Made by a program: the position numbers and the translations under genes. A stretch of DNA of 64,000 bases from Chlorokybus atmophyticus. Taxonomy: Eukaryota > Plantae > Mesostigma and Chlorokybus algae. Shown one piece after another: positions 35,631 through 48,007 of the stretch. The DNA is taken from NCBI GenBank assembly GCA_009103225.1, contig RHPI01003261.1, forward strand, positions 1 through 64,000. The letters run 5' to 3'. The first letter of the stretch is position 1. Each line of letters begins with the position of its first letter. The notes beneath the pieces are model-generated. The model made no database searches and had not been told where the DNA came from. It saw only the letters and a list, made by a program, of their open reading frames with translations.

Positions 35631-37015
35631 GGCGCTGCTGCATCCAACGCTGCCGCCGCCAGTTGGCCCGCCCAAGTGTACGAGGCGCGAAAACCAAAAT
35701 GAGGCCGTTTTGAGCGTCTAATGCCCCGCACTAAGTCGCACTTGTAGTGCATTCTTATCTCCTATAGTTGATGGTACGACCTATGCATTCGTACCATCCA
35801 TGCTTCATACAACCAAGGGTAACAATGGCTGTGTCGTAACATTTATGGTACAACAAAGGCATCTCTCGTTCAAACCCAGCCATTGGCGTACAATGGCTCT
35901 GTCGTACCATCTATGGTACGACAGAAGCATTGCTCGACTAGCCCTAATGGGAGTTAGCGTGCACTCACCCAAACAGCTTCATTGACGGCCGGATGATGGC
36001 ACGTACGGGCATCAGGTCGATGACGGGGCGAATGTCAGGCATAGTGGACCTGGGTTCGACTAGAAGGCGGAGGACAAGGAGGAGTACAAGGAGGCGGTGG
36101 CAGCGGCGACGGCGGCGGCGGCACCGGCGTGGCACATCTTGCGAGAAGTTTCGTCCGTAAAGAGTTCATGCAGTGAAGCCAGCAAATACCGCGCGCCACG
36201 TCATGGATCATGGCAGGCGTTAGCAATGGGGCTATCCAACATGCATCACCAACATTGGACAAACCAGCAGGCAAGCCAGGACCATATTCACACACGGAGG
36301 TGCTTGGTGGCTCGCTTTCTGCAACAAGGAGTAGATCAGGAGTTATTTGGAGCCCCTTGTCAGAATTATACGAGACAAATTGCGACTGTGGGAACAAGCA
36401 CAAAGGAATGCAGAGGTATGCTCAACAGTCACATGCATTTCCTTGCAAGAGCAATTTGTTTTTTGGCGCAGTCCATGTGATACATGTACCGTGGCTGCAG
36501 GCCTCCACTATTCACCCATACCCACCCCACAGTTAAGCCAACATTGCGGAAGCTAAAGCAAATAGACAGAGCTAGGTGGCGGTATGTTGTTGCCAATCTC
36601 GCTGTGCATGTTGACTGCATGCACCTCCAATGCATGCCTACTTTGCATGCTAGCATGTGCGTGAGCGTGCGAAGCGCTCGCATACCGAACGAAGTAGGCT
36701 GGTTTTGAGCACAGGAGCGCGTGGCCACTCGTACGGCATTCAACCAGTAGTGCATCGACCAGCAATAACTCAGTCCATGCAATCATTCGTGCATCAACCA
36801 GCAATGCCGCAGGTGACTGTTCGAAGCAACCAACTGATGACGGTGTGACGCAGTTGACTATTGCAATGCAGTGTCGCAAGCATGCAGCTAACCTATATGT
36901 AATTGGTTAACAGCACCACAGTGCACTAAGTCCTGTTGGAGCTCCTATGCAAGCCTGGATTCATCCCATCAACTGGTCCTTCAATCCCACTTGTTGGCGC
37001 TGCGGCAACGCGGCA

Positions 37016-37675
37016 TCAATTTAACATGCATGTTAAATCCCGACATATCCATTCGGGCAATGGCGCATCCTGTGCCCATGGCTCACGAGCTTTGTGACGA
37101 GTCTGACGAGTCTGAAGCACATGCACCGCACATCGTGAACACACCTCTGACTGACAGAAAGCAATTGTGGTCCGGAGGTAGCTGGCCACATGCACACCGG
37201 TCTCCCAATGGAGCTCCTCCGTCAGGAAGTGCGCATTCTGGATGCACTTGATGATCCGCCCCATGTCGGAGGCCGACCAGCCTTGGCCGTTGTTGCACTG
37301 CACGAATGCTACTGCAAGAGCATGCTCCGAGCCATCGGCTCGGATACCACCCGGATTTCGACACGTGCGAAGGGACGCCTCCATGTTGGCGTGCCACGGG
37401 TTTCTCAGGCACACGCACACATCGAAAGCCCTCGTCGCTTCCTCCCCCTGCTGCTGCTGTGCGTGTGTCTCCTCGAGGGGTCCTTCAGCATCAAGCATGT
37501 GCGCATCCTGGATCGAACTCCCCAGTTTAACATGACCCGCATCGTAGTGTAATGGACGCTGGCCAACACACAGCTTGATTTGCTTGCACACCCTGCTGCT
37601 AACAATGTGCATGTAGACCAAACTGCGTGTGGCAAAGCGCTTGTGGCAATACGGACAAAAGGATCCAAAGCTCAC
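37016..37675 (-). pseudogene. C2H2 zinc-finger ORF of element B, possibly a degenerate transposase N-terminus
   Basis: CPYCHKRFATRSLVYMH, then WSASDMGRIIKCIQNAHFLTEELHWETGVHVASYL. The start codon present in copy A is TTT here, and stops follow downstream. Confidence 0.55.
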
Positions 37676-38162
37676 TACTGACGATGATGCAGGTTACATT
37701 GGTGACACCTGTGTCACCAATGTAACCTGCATCATTATATCCAGCAACACGCACAGCCGCCGCCACCGCCGCCGCTACCCTTGCATGCTGGAGGCGGGAA
37801 ACTTAGCCGCCATTCACTGGCGTGACGGCTTTGTCGTACCATTATTATAGTACAATCGAGCCATTGCACGTCCACGGTGGGGTGAGTTTGCATAAATATC
37901 CTGATTGTACCGTATCAATGGTACGAAGATGCCTTTGCCAAAGGGTACCATTGAAATGGTACCTTTGTACCGTGGCAATGGCAATTCGTACCATTGACAA
38001 GTGCTGGCCATGCCAGTCCCTGCGCATGACAACACCATTGATGGCTCCGCCAAGCTATGCCCTTACAGGCCGGTGATGCCGAGGGTATGTCACACGGTGG
38101 CGTTTGGTGGATCGTTGGCGGCGCTGCCAGGGTCGTAGTGGGCGTTGTGGTCGAGGTCCGGG

Positions 38163-39030
38163 ATGAAGCCCATGTTCGCACAGGGCGGGCAAGGTGCCGG
38201 TGGGGTGTCTTTGGTGTTAAACCCCACCATGCCTACCAAGGGCAGCCAATAACAACAGTGACTTGGGCGATATCTTACAGGGCTCCCCCTCCGAGTGGGA
38301 AAATGCACACCACAATACTGCCTCTATGTACATCCGACCCACCAGCAGCTGCGACCACGGCGACATGATTGAAGGGACCAAACAAGAGTGGCATAACCAA
38401 GGTGGGTTACGATGCACTGTCAATGCCACGTGCTAGGGCTCTTGTATCTTGCACATGCACATAGCCTCACGTATCTTGCAATTGACATATACTGCCAATA
38501 CCACATGCACACCCTCATGCACAGCCTTCAGTTTCATGCACATGAACAGCATGACCAATCTCGCAAATGCACAGCCTATTTCCACTTGCGGAAGCTCACA
38601 AGTCGCAAAGGAGAAGCTACGGAGAATCACGAACGAGTACTACATGACCTAGTATAGTGTTTTCAGCGGCAATTAAACAGTATGCTTGCAGATCGCCATG
38701 TTGCTTGGAGAGAACCAAGAGCAGCGCGGCAGGCTAACCGTTTGCCTGGCGGAGTGCGACAAAGCGGAAGACAAGGTAAGCATGTGTATGCTGATGGGCT
38801 AGTCCTCTGGCAGCACGCCACCGTGGCGAGTGACTCTTACAGCATTCTCAAATGCAGGTGGTCACTCTCAAAGCGACCATCAAGCGCATGCGCGAGGTGC
38901 CGACATTCAAGCTGGAGGACAAAATAGCCGCTGTATTGTAAGCGAGCGAGGTAGCTAATGAAGATGACTCCGACATTAAAGCAGAAGACTTGTCGGAGGA
39001 GGAATATGAGGAGGGGTTGAGGAGGGTTTT
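38163..39030 (+). pseudogene. Copy B of the element's spliced acidic-tail gene (frameshifted)
   Basis: Colinear with 2477-3332 and has the same splice signals, plus small indels. Confidence 0.5.
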
Positions 39031-39649
39031 AGTGGTAGGCACCATGGGTTGACAAGCTGCGCATGAGTGTGATAGCTAGGCTCAATGTTGTAAGTAGTTT
39101 CATGCGCAAGTCGGTTGCTCAGTTGCAAGTGGACATACTCTCACCACTGCCGGTATGTTGTACATATCGTGGGCTTATAGTTGCAAGACCCAACAATTAG
39201 TCCAAGGTTTGTACAAGCTGCATGGCATGTTAGTGTTGGCTTACGGCAAAAGTTGTCAGCTATTATTTAACGGTAAGGGTCATGTCTTAACCGCAGTGTA
39301 ACGGCAAGGAAATCGCCGGCTATTGATGTCAGCTGTCTGTAACTACCGGCTGACGGCCGTCTGTGCACATCGACCAACGGGAAACTGGTTGACAACTTTC
39401 GGCCGGTAACTGCTACTGACAACCACTTTTGGCCAGCGGCCGTCTGCGTCAGTCCACATAAGCCAGCGGCAAACCCAACAGTTCAAAAGTAACATTTCAG
39501 GCAGGCTCGGGCAGGCTCGGGCAGGCTCAGGCAGGCTCAGACACCCGTTAGTCCCTCAGTTCTTAGTCAGTCACCATGTAAAATTTGCAACGAAAGGAAG
39601 TGCCCCTGCTAACACCACACAAAGTAGGGTGAATGCTAGGAAGTTTAAT

Positions 39650-41290
39650 TTCATCAGTAAGTTATTGACAACGGTCTGCCACTAACATCACCATACATCA
39701 ATGTCAGCATACGACTAGCACCAAATTACATAACAAGACTCACGCTAAGTGAGACCACATTACACACTCACAATGCCGCAAGCTGCGCCGCTTGGGGCCA
39801 AGATGGACTGTATCCTTTAATTGTTCAACTGCAAACATGCTTCTTCGTCGATGCGCAGGGTGTAACTTCTAAACCAAGCCATGTAAAATTCATCCTTGAA
39901 AAGGTAGATGATGTCCGCTGTATCATTGAGCAGGACAAAATTTGCAAATATTGAGCGTTGTGCTTTGTTCTCGTCTACAAAATATAATCGAGAAACTTAT
40001 TTATGAACGGGCTCGATGTCTACGGTAAGACCTGCGTGGATACGCGCATAGTGCGCTCCTTTTTGCAGATAGGAGAAAGTGCCTTCCTCCATTTGCGTTG
40101 GTCCTACTGTTTCTCCTGCCTACGGAGACCGCGCAAACCCCAAAGTTGCTGCAACATACCTCTTACAGCATGCATGAAACTAAGTAGTAGAGAGTGAGCA
40201 CACACTTGCGCACGCGTTCAGCAAATCAGCGTGCATGAGTATGCGCATGGGAACACATACGCACGCACACGCCACACGAACGCACACGGCACACCTTGTT
40301 GCCCATGGCCGCAACCTCTGCCCCAAAGGCGCACGTAGTATGTCAACGTCGCACCTCTGCAACAATCTACTTCGAGAGGAGGGGCACATGCACGAATGCA
40401 CGTAATAACAGCCACCCACCTCAACAGGCCAAAGCGCAGCGAAGTGTAGCCTGGGTTTGTAAGATATGGTATGGGACATATCTAGGGCATGTGGCTCCCG
40501 CTATGGCAGCGACTTTCGCTGCCGTGGCCTAGGGGTTCAGGCGCTGATGTTACAGTGGTGTCGGAGCGGAGCGGACCAAGTCCAAATCCCATGGGGGATA
40601 GAACTGCTAGTTGCCTTGAAATCGATCGAAGGCAAACATTGGCAAATTCATGGCTGTAAGCACTGCGCGGGGCCGCACCCGTTGAAGCGGTGGTGCCCGT
40701 GAACCTACGACCGTTTACGAGCGGTTGCAAGCTTGCCCGATGATTGGCTGTCGGCGCGCAGTGACGAGGGTCAATCGTGCGACTTGCCGGTCGCGGGTAG
40801 GTCGCGGCGAGCTCAATGTGTGACGTGGGTAAGTCGCCGTGTTTGGTTCATGCACGGCGATCCCCACGGGTATGGGTTGGGAGGAATGTAACATATATGG
40901 TATGGGACATATGAGGCATGTGGCTCCCCCTGTGGCAGCGACTTTTGCTGACGTAGCCTAGTGGTTGAGGCGCCGTTGTTATAGGGTGACGGCCGCTGCT
41001 GTCTGGATCTGAATGGGGGCGCGCCAGGCCCGTCATGCTGCTGGCCAGCTGCAGCCCCAAGCACCTGAGCCGCATGCAGGAAGGGGAGAACAAGGCGTTT
41101 GAGAAAGCCTGTGCTAGCCTAGCGCAGCAGCAAAAGACGAAGCGGCAGCGCAGGCAGGAAAGGCGTAAACCCTACCTTTCAAAGGCTGAAGGCTCTGCAC
41201 GCGGGCGCCCTGCTCCTGCTGTTCCTCCGCCGCCGCTGCCGCCGCCACTCTGTTGTTGCCAAGGCGGCCTCCTACTTTTTCGTCCTACAA
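39650..41290 (-). pseudogene. Unknown spliced gene family C, copy 2 (degenerate)
   Basis: First exon GRPRAEPSAFE|GTAG (donor at 41175), then ...YARIHAGLTVDIE...LYFVDENKAQ...EEACLQLNN*...SGAACGIV with stops. Confidence 0.6.
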
Positions 41291-41706
41291 GTCAGTGTCA
41301 ACGCCTTGTTGGCGTTTAGAGCGGCGGCGGCACCATTACGCAGCTTGCTGACTGTTTGGACGTGTTGGGAGCGTCTCCAAGCCGTGTTCATGGCCTGCCG
41401 CCCTGTGTGGCAGCACAGGCCTGGTGGGTATCCATGACGCTGGGGTGTAGAACATTGCAGCTGCGGGCCGCTATATCCTGTACTGCGATGCATGGTATTT
41501 GTTTGACGTTTGGGGTGTGAGATCATGGCTTGTAGGCCACACACACAACCGCACTTGCTTCTTTGTCATGTCATATCAGCATGCTGAAGTCTGCACAACT
41601 TTAGCACATGCAACGGCAACAAGCCCCACTCATGTGTTGACCAGGCCAGGGCTATTAAGGCATCTTCTCACCAACATGTTGTATGTTGCCAATGCATCCA
41701 CACTAA

Positions 41707-41848
<142 letters not shown>

Positions 41849-42052
41849 GCATGCCAACATGGGGAAAACGATTATGCTCAGATGCTAGCATTAAACACAA
41901 TATTCAACCAGCGCAATTTTGGTATAATCCACAAAGTCTAATCAACTTACCAACTGCTAGCCCCACATATACACCCATACTACAGAGATATACAAGTGGC
42001 GTGCAATTGATCTCCACTACCACGGATCTACAACGTATGATACACATGCGGG

Positions 42053-43000
42053 TCACGCACTCTGTTCTTGCAGGTCTTTGGGTACAACCAGCGGTGCCTG
42101 CGGCAGGTAGCTCTCAGGTATGATCCCAACACAGTCGTCAATGCCAATCCGTCGCACGATGCGCATCGACACCGCCGTCCGCACTCCACCTTTATCGTGA
42201 ACGAAGCATGGGCGCTCCCTCAGTTTCAGTGCATGTGTCATAAGCTGCTGCTGTCTCAACTGGGATGTGGCATCATGGTCTGGGTACATCCCCTCTGTTT
42301 CCAACGCGCGCAGCTCCTCCATAAGCCTGCATGGTGTTGGAGTTGGGTGATTCATCCAAGCTGTCAAGCAAGCATGCAACACTGCTAACTAGGATGGCAG
42401 CAGTAGCAACAACAACAAAAACTTGCTCTATGCATGTGTGTGTGCTTATGGGTTTTCGGTGAACACCAGCAGAGGAGACTGTACTTACCGCTTGTGCTCC
42501 TTTACGCCGTGCTGAACACCAAGCGACTGTGCCTGTGAAAAGGAAAGGTCGTGCAACGTATGAAACTTCCAGCATGTGAGACTGCTCCTGCATGGATTCG
42601 CAATACATGCACATGCCAAGGTAGCACGTGTGCGTGTGCGTGCGAGTGATTGTGTGTACGTGAGCGTGTATGTGCTTGTGTATGTGTTCGTAGTGTGCAT
42701 GCGTGCGCAGTTGTCTTCTGTACTTCTTGCTTACCCTGCGTCGTTCCAATAGCAGCGCCAAAAACACAATCTGCACCGCAGTTGTCAAGATCAGCGCACT
42801 CACATGTTTTGTCAAGCCGCTGTGCCGCATTGTGTTTGAAACAACACTCAAGTCCCACCAAACAAAGCCACTAAGCCTCTACAAAGCAGCTGCACTATGC
42901 ACACCCAGCGTGTGACAGCCCACGAAACACCCACCAGGCCTGTGCTGACGCAGACCGGCACCGGCGACGGCATGGTATTGTGCCCGAGCCCCAAAGCCAC
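42053..43000 (-). CDS. Hypothetical spliced protein with one predicted hydrophobic segment
   Basis: Exon phases join consistently: HVSALILTTAVQIVFLALLLERRR|AQSLGVQHGVKEHKR|LMEELRALETEG...QEQSA*. The start is not resolved. Confidence 0.45.
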
Positions 43001-43235
43001 TATGCCACTCCTCCAGCAACCTACACAATGCCAGCTTCCAAACCCACCGCCTCCAGCGCTTCGTCCGCTACCTCCACCGCCACCACCGCCACCGCTGCCG
43101 TCAACGCCAAGACTACCACTAACGTAACAGCATAAGCTACGTAGGGACGCACTGGCTTTCGCTGCCACTGCTAGGCAGCTGCGTACCTTCCGTGTACACA
43201 GCATGAGTTACGTTCGCGAGCATTGGCTAGAAGGC

Positions 43236-43446
43236 TTTCCCGCGCGTTTTCAAATCAAGTTGCCGCGAAGTGCGTTTGCAGTTAGTGCTGACCGGGCAGT
43301 GAACCGGGTGGGGTTTGATAGGAATAATATTTTGCCTGGGCACAGTGTTGAATTCCACGCCAGTGCTATCGGTATCGGTGCAATTGTGGTTACTTGCAGG
43401 CCATATGTCGACGGGTTGGTAACCTGCAATCTGCAAATTAGGGTTT
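43236..43446 (+). promoter_or_regulatory. E2F site, CHR-like TTCAAA and telo-box upstream of EXO1
   Basis: TTTCCCGC 43236-43243, TTCAAA 43249-43254 and TTAGGGTTT 43438-43446, about 0.9-1.1 kb before the EXO1 ATG. Confidence 0.4.
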
Positions 43447-44333
43447 GCTTGGCAGCGACGGCGAAGGCGACGGCGACGGCGACGGCGTGGTGCTGGTTGT
43501 GCTAGTCTTCTTGTGGCCTGGTTCTTGCATTCCATGAGTGATTTTGTATTCTCCCGAGCGGATAATGCTGATGCCAAGGACGGGTGGTGGTGCTTGGCTG
43601 CGTGAACTGCTGCCTCAGGAGCGGGAACCTAGTACCAAGGCTGATGCTTCAGCTTGATCTGGGCATGGTCAGGCGATGAGTATCGTTGGATGGAAGGGTG
43701 TTATGCAGTTGCAGCTGACATGTCTTGATCAGAGGACTGAGCGCTGGGCACCCTGCATAGAGGTAGCATATATAACTTGACATGCTTGCAAGCACCAGCC
43801 AAGCTGGCTGCTTCAACGCTTGCACCTGAGGTATACCTGACTACACATTGCCTGTATGACAGTGGTTTGGCAGCGCATTTGTTTGCTCATTTGCAAACCC
43901 ACGTGGTTGAAACACTCGGTTGTTGGCTGTTCCGTTCCATTTATGCTTTCATGTCTTCATGCTGCATGAAACTTGGTAGAAGGCATTTCTTGCAAAACGC
44001 ATTTGTTAACGTGACTGTGTACGTGCGATCAGTTTTTGTACCAGAAGTAGTAGAAGAAGTAGTACTCCTTGGTGCATTCCGTGTACAGCATGTGCGAATC
44101 CCTGGTCTTTGTGGTCACATTGAGTAAAAGCTGTGCTTGTGTTCTTTTGGGTGGCACATAAAAACAAGGATTCCTATAAACGTATAGCATGCACATTGTG
44201 TTTTTGTAGTATGCAGCCACTGACTGGTGTGCTTGTTGAGTCTGGGACACTTCCATTGGCAGCCACTGCACACCAGTTAGAGCTGTTGCTGATAGCTTAT
44301 TGCATGAATGCAGTAAAGTCAAAGCCAAGTCAG

Positions 44334-47321
44334 ATGGGTATCAGCGGCTTGCTACCCAACTTAAAGTCCATTGCGGTCAGCCGACACCTAAGCGCGTATG
44401 CCGGGAAGCGCATTGCGGTCGATTCATTCTGCTGGCTGCACCGAGCGGCTCTGAGTTGCGCAAAAGACTTGTGCGAAAAACGGCTCAACCCTCGGTATGC
44501 TACAAGTTGCGGCAGTGGTTTTTGCTTAATTGTGACAGCTTGATTACCGTGCTGCGGTGTTTGCAGCTTTGTTGAATATTGTATGCGGCAAGTGGAGCTG
44601 CTGCGGCACCATGGCGTCATCCCTGTGCTAGTTTTTGATGGCGCGGGCTTGCCTATGAAGCGGGAAGAGAATGAGAAACGGCGCAGGTGTGAAGCATGGC
44701 TATCACCGCCACTGTTGTTCAGTTCATAACAACCGCATTACTACAGTGTGCGACAGCTCACGACCACGTTGTCCACAGGGGAAGGAAAGAGAACTTGGCG
44801 CGCGCCATTGCGCATGAAAAGGCGGGCAACAGGACCGCAGCTCACGAGTGCTATCTCAAAGCAGTGGACATCTCGTCCACTGCAGCACACTACCTGATCA
44901 CCGTAAGTGATTGTGCACTTGAGCAGTTTTTTGGGCCATCATCCGGTGTATATCGTAATCAAGTATTGATGTGCTCTCAGGTGCTGCAAGAGCACAATGT
45001 AGAGTTTATAGTGGCGCCCTATGAAGCGGATGCTCAGATGGCCTATCTGGCATACAGCGGTTATGTGCATGCCGTCTTGACCGAAGATTCGGACTTGATC
45101 GCGTATGCCTGTCCAAGAGTGAGCACAGTTGGCCTCATTTGCAAGTTGTGTCACACATGTGTGGGGCAAGGCACTCATCTCACTCTTGTGCAGATCTTGT
45201 ACAAAATGGACAACATGGGCAACGGTTCCGAAATCGAGTTTGCGAACTTGCCACGCTGCACGCAGCTAAACTTTGTAGACTTCACTAGGCAGATGGTGCT
45301 GGAGATGTGCATCTTGTCTGGTTGCGATTATCTGCCGTCCTTGTCAGGCATAGGTGTCAAAAAGGCACATGTGCTCATCCGGAAGTTCAAACATTACCAC
45401 AAGGTCAGCAACTTTTTTCTTAAGATATGCAAACAGTGATATAGTTTCACACGTCAATGCTCATGATGCATGCAGGTACTGAAACACCTGAGAATGGATG
45501 GCGTTCACATTCCAGAGGGCTATCACGAGCGGTTTCAGCTCGCCATATGGACCTTTCACCACCAGCGCGTGTACTGTCCGGAGCGAAAATCTCTTGTGCA
45601 CTTGACTGGTCTTAAGGACACCGACAATCTGCCAGAGTCGTTGGACTTTCTGGGACCATATCCACCTCACTTTGCGTTGCTTGGCAATTCTTATTGACAA
45701 TGTTACAGGTGACGCAAGTGTTGTGCCTTGACTGCTTTACACAGACATGGAGCCGGATGTTGCTGTTGCAGTTGCCACTGGCCGTGTGTGCCCGTCCAGC
45801 AAAGAAGAGTTTGAGGTACAGTTGGCTACGTGCCATGCCTTTGCGTGGCTTCCTCCTGCATGTAGACACACACCTTAAATGTTCTACATGATATTGAAGA
45901 ACGAACCGTTGTTCTTGACAGGAGCTGGATATGGCGCCTTCTACCACCGACAACGGCAACAACCAGCTGAGCTCGAGGAGGTCGCAGCCTCCATTGAACC
46001 TTGCTGTGCAGAAAAACACGCTTCTCAAGTACTGTATCCCCCAAGTTGTGTCGTTTCGTCTTCTATTGCATGGCTGTTTGTATATTGTGATGTGTCGCCC
46101 TTGACGCTCATGGTCTTAGTGAAAGCCAACTCCACGCTGGAAGCCAAGGCTCAGTTCAAGCGGCCGAGGTCCTCTCCACCTGACATCGCATCCCCGAGCG
46201 CTGCTCCTTCAGCCAACACACTGGCAGAAGCAGATGTGAACCAAGATGACGCGCCTTCGTTGAAAGCGTTTGCATATGGCACTGATTCAGAGCCTTCCAC
46301 ATCATCGTCCATGCATGCAGACGTGCTGCGGCCCTTCCGGAAGCCCAAGCGCATGCTGCCCTCGCCTTTGAGCGCTATGGATGCATCACCAGATGAAGAA
46401 TCGTCCATCCCGGCGCCTGAGCCAAGCTCAAGAGGGCGTGAAGACTCTCCTCCTGAGCAAGCAACCGTCTCTGAGCCGAAGCGAATGCCTTCGCCGTTAA
46501 GTGGCAGCGATGACGTTGATATGTCCTGTGATCAGTCGAGAGACAGAGAGCGCAGGAAAGAGTCCTCTCATCCCACACATTCAGCTGCTGTTTCTGCGCG
46601 CAAGACAAGCAGCTACTTTGCAAAAAAGAGTGTGCGTGTTGAGCTGGAGTTGCCAGCTGAGTTGCCCGCCACTATTCCTTTTGATCCCTCTGAGGTGGTT
46701 CCCGAATCTGACTCTGAGGGAAGCGAGGTCAAGCGCCGGCAAGACGAACTTGAAGGCAGCGACACGACGGCGGAAGGCAAACTGGAAAGCAAGGTAGGTG
46801 TTTGGTCTCTCCGCAGTTGGTCTCTTTGCATAGCACTTGTGGTTACTAAGTGACATGCTGCATAACATGTGCTTGCTGCATGTATAACACACCTTGCATG
46901 TGATGCAGGCTGAGGATGTAGAGGGTTTAAAGCGAATGCGGCACACGCAAGAGGAACGAGATGCACAGTCAGGTGAGTGCTGTGCACTCTGAGGTGGTTG
47001 CACCGTCCTTGGTATGTACTTTTTGCGCCCAACATTGGTGTGGTCTACGCAGCAGGCCCGAGGGGAGAACCTTTGTACGATAGCCCGCTGCTGGGCGAGG
47101 CGCTTCACTGCAGGAGTTGCGTGACCAAAGTGGACCATGTGAGCCGCTACTCCGCCATTGCGAAGGGCGTGCTGGACCGGCTGGGATGGGATCAGTACCG
47201 CTGCACGTCGACCACTAGCGGGAAGAGCAGCCCCACTGCAGCAACACGCAGCAATGCTGCCGCCGGTAGTGCTAGCTGCAGCTTTGATGACTTTGTGTAT
47301 TCGCCAAAGTCCCAGTTGTAG
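44334..47321 (+). CDS. EXO1: Exonuclease 1 (XPG/FEN1 family), multi-exon
   Basis: MGISGLLPNLK...RIAVDSFCWLHRAA, VFDGAGLPMK, FIVAPYEADAQMAYL, VLTEDSDLIAY and MCILSGCDYLPSLSGIGVKKA. Confidence 0.96.
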
Positions 47322-48007
47322 AAATAGTCGAGGGCTAGAGTTAATCAGAAGCAAACTGTGTATTGTTGCATGGCACATGGTGCCGTGCGATTGATATGTT
47401 GAGTGCCAGTGCTGGATTTATCGGTCTCTGACTCCTTTCTGAGATGAAGATGTTGGTACGTCAAAGCTGGCAGCGATTCAGGACAGGTCATTTAATGCAC
47501 GCACCAGGCTTTACTTGCAAGAGCAGATGACTTTGAATATAGGTTAATCACAAAGCACAATTGACAATGAGCATGAGTGCGACATGCAGCTGCAGCTCTG
47601 CCGGAAGAAAAACACTATGTTGAGAGAGACACCGTGTGCTTTTGGTCTACTAGTCTTGCGGACTCGCTCGCTCTCAGCACCCTGCACACCTACCCGTTAT
47701 TGCTGTTTAGTGCTGCTGCTGCCGCCATCAGCCACATCACACGTGTCCTGCACCCCTCAGCGTTGCATCACTGAGTGACACGTGCAATCTGACATACGCG
47801 ACGCTGCTGAGCGCCGTCGTCAACATCACCGCCCCTCACTGCCGATATCAACGCGGCTGCATGTCGTTGCTGTGAGCGCAGCGCCGCTAAGCCCTGCATG
47901 GCACGGCGGCGGCGGCCGGGGTGTTGTTTGATCAAGGCATGCAGACACTGACCGAGGCGACAAGGAGCAGGAAGAGGGGTTGAAAAGCTACTAGGCTACC
48001 AGCCAAG

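Larger units (their letters stand above)
33050..39592. mobile_element. Unclassified multi-gene DNA element, copy B (~6.5 kb; left boundary uncertain)
   Basis: The right 2 kb matches copy A with the same terminus. To the left are more spliced, partly broken genes and a second GTAC-palindrome cluster. It contains the TRIM insertion. Confidence 0.6.

Noticed and set aside
36545-36605. Minus-strand IGNNIPPPSSVYLL*LP as a Plavaka core motif
   Set aside because: It is short and contains a stop, and the surrounding splice signals favour plus-strand coding.
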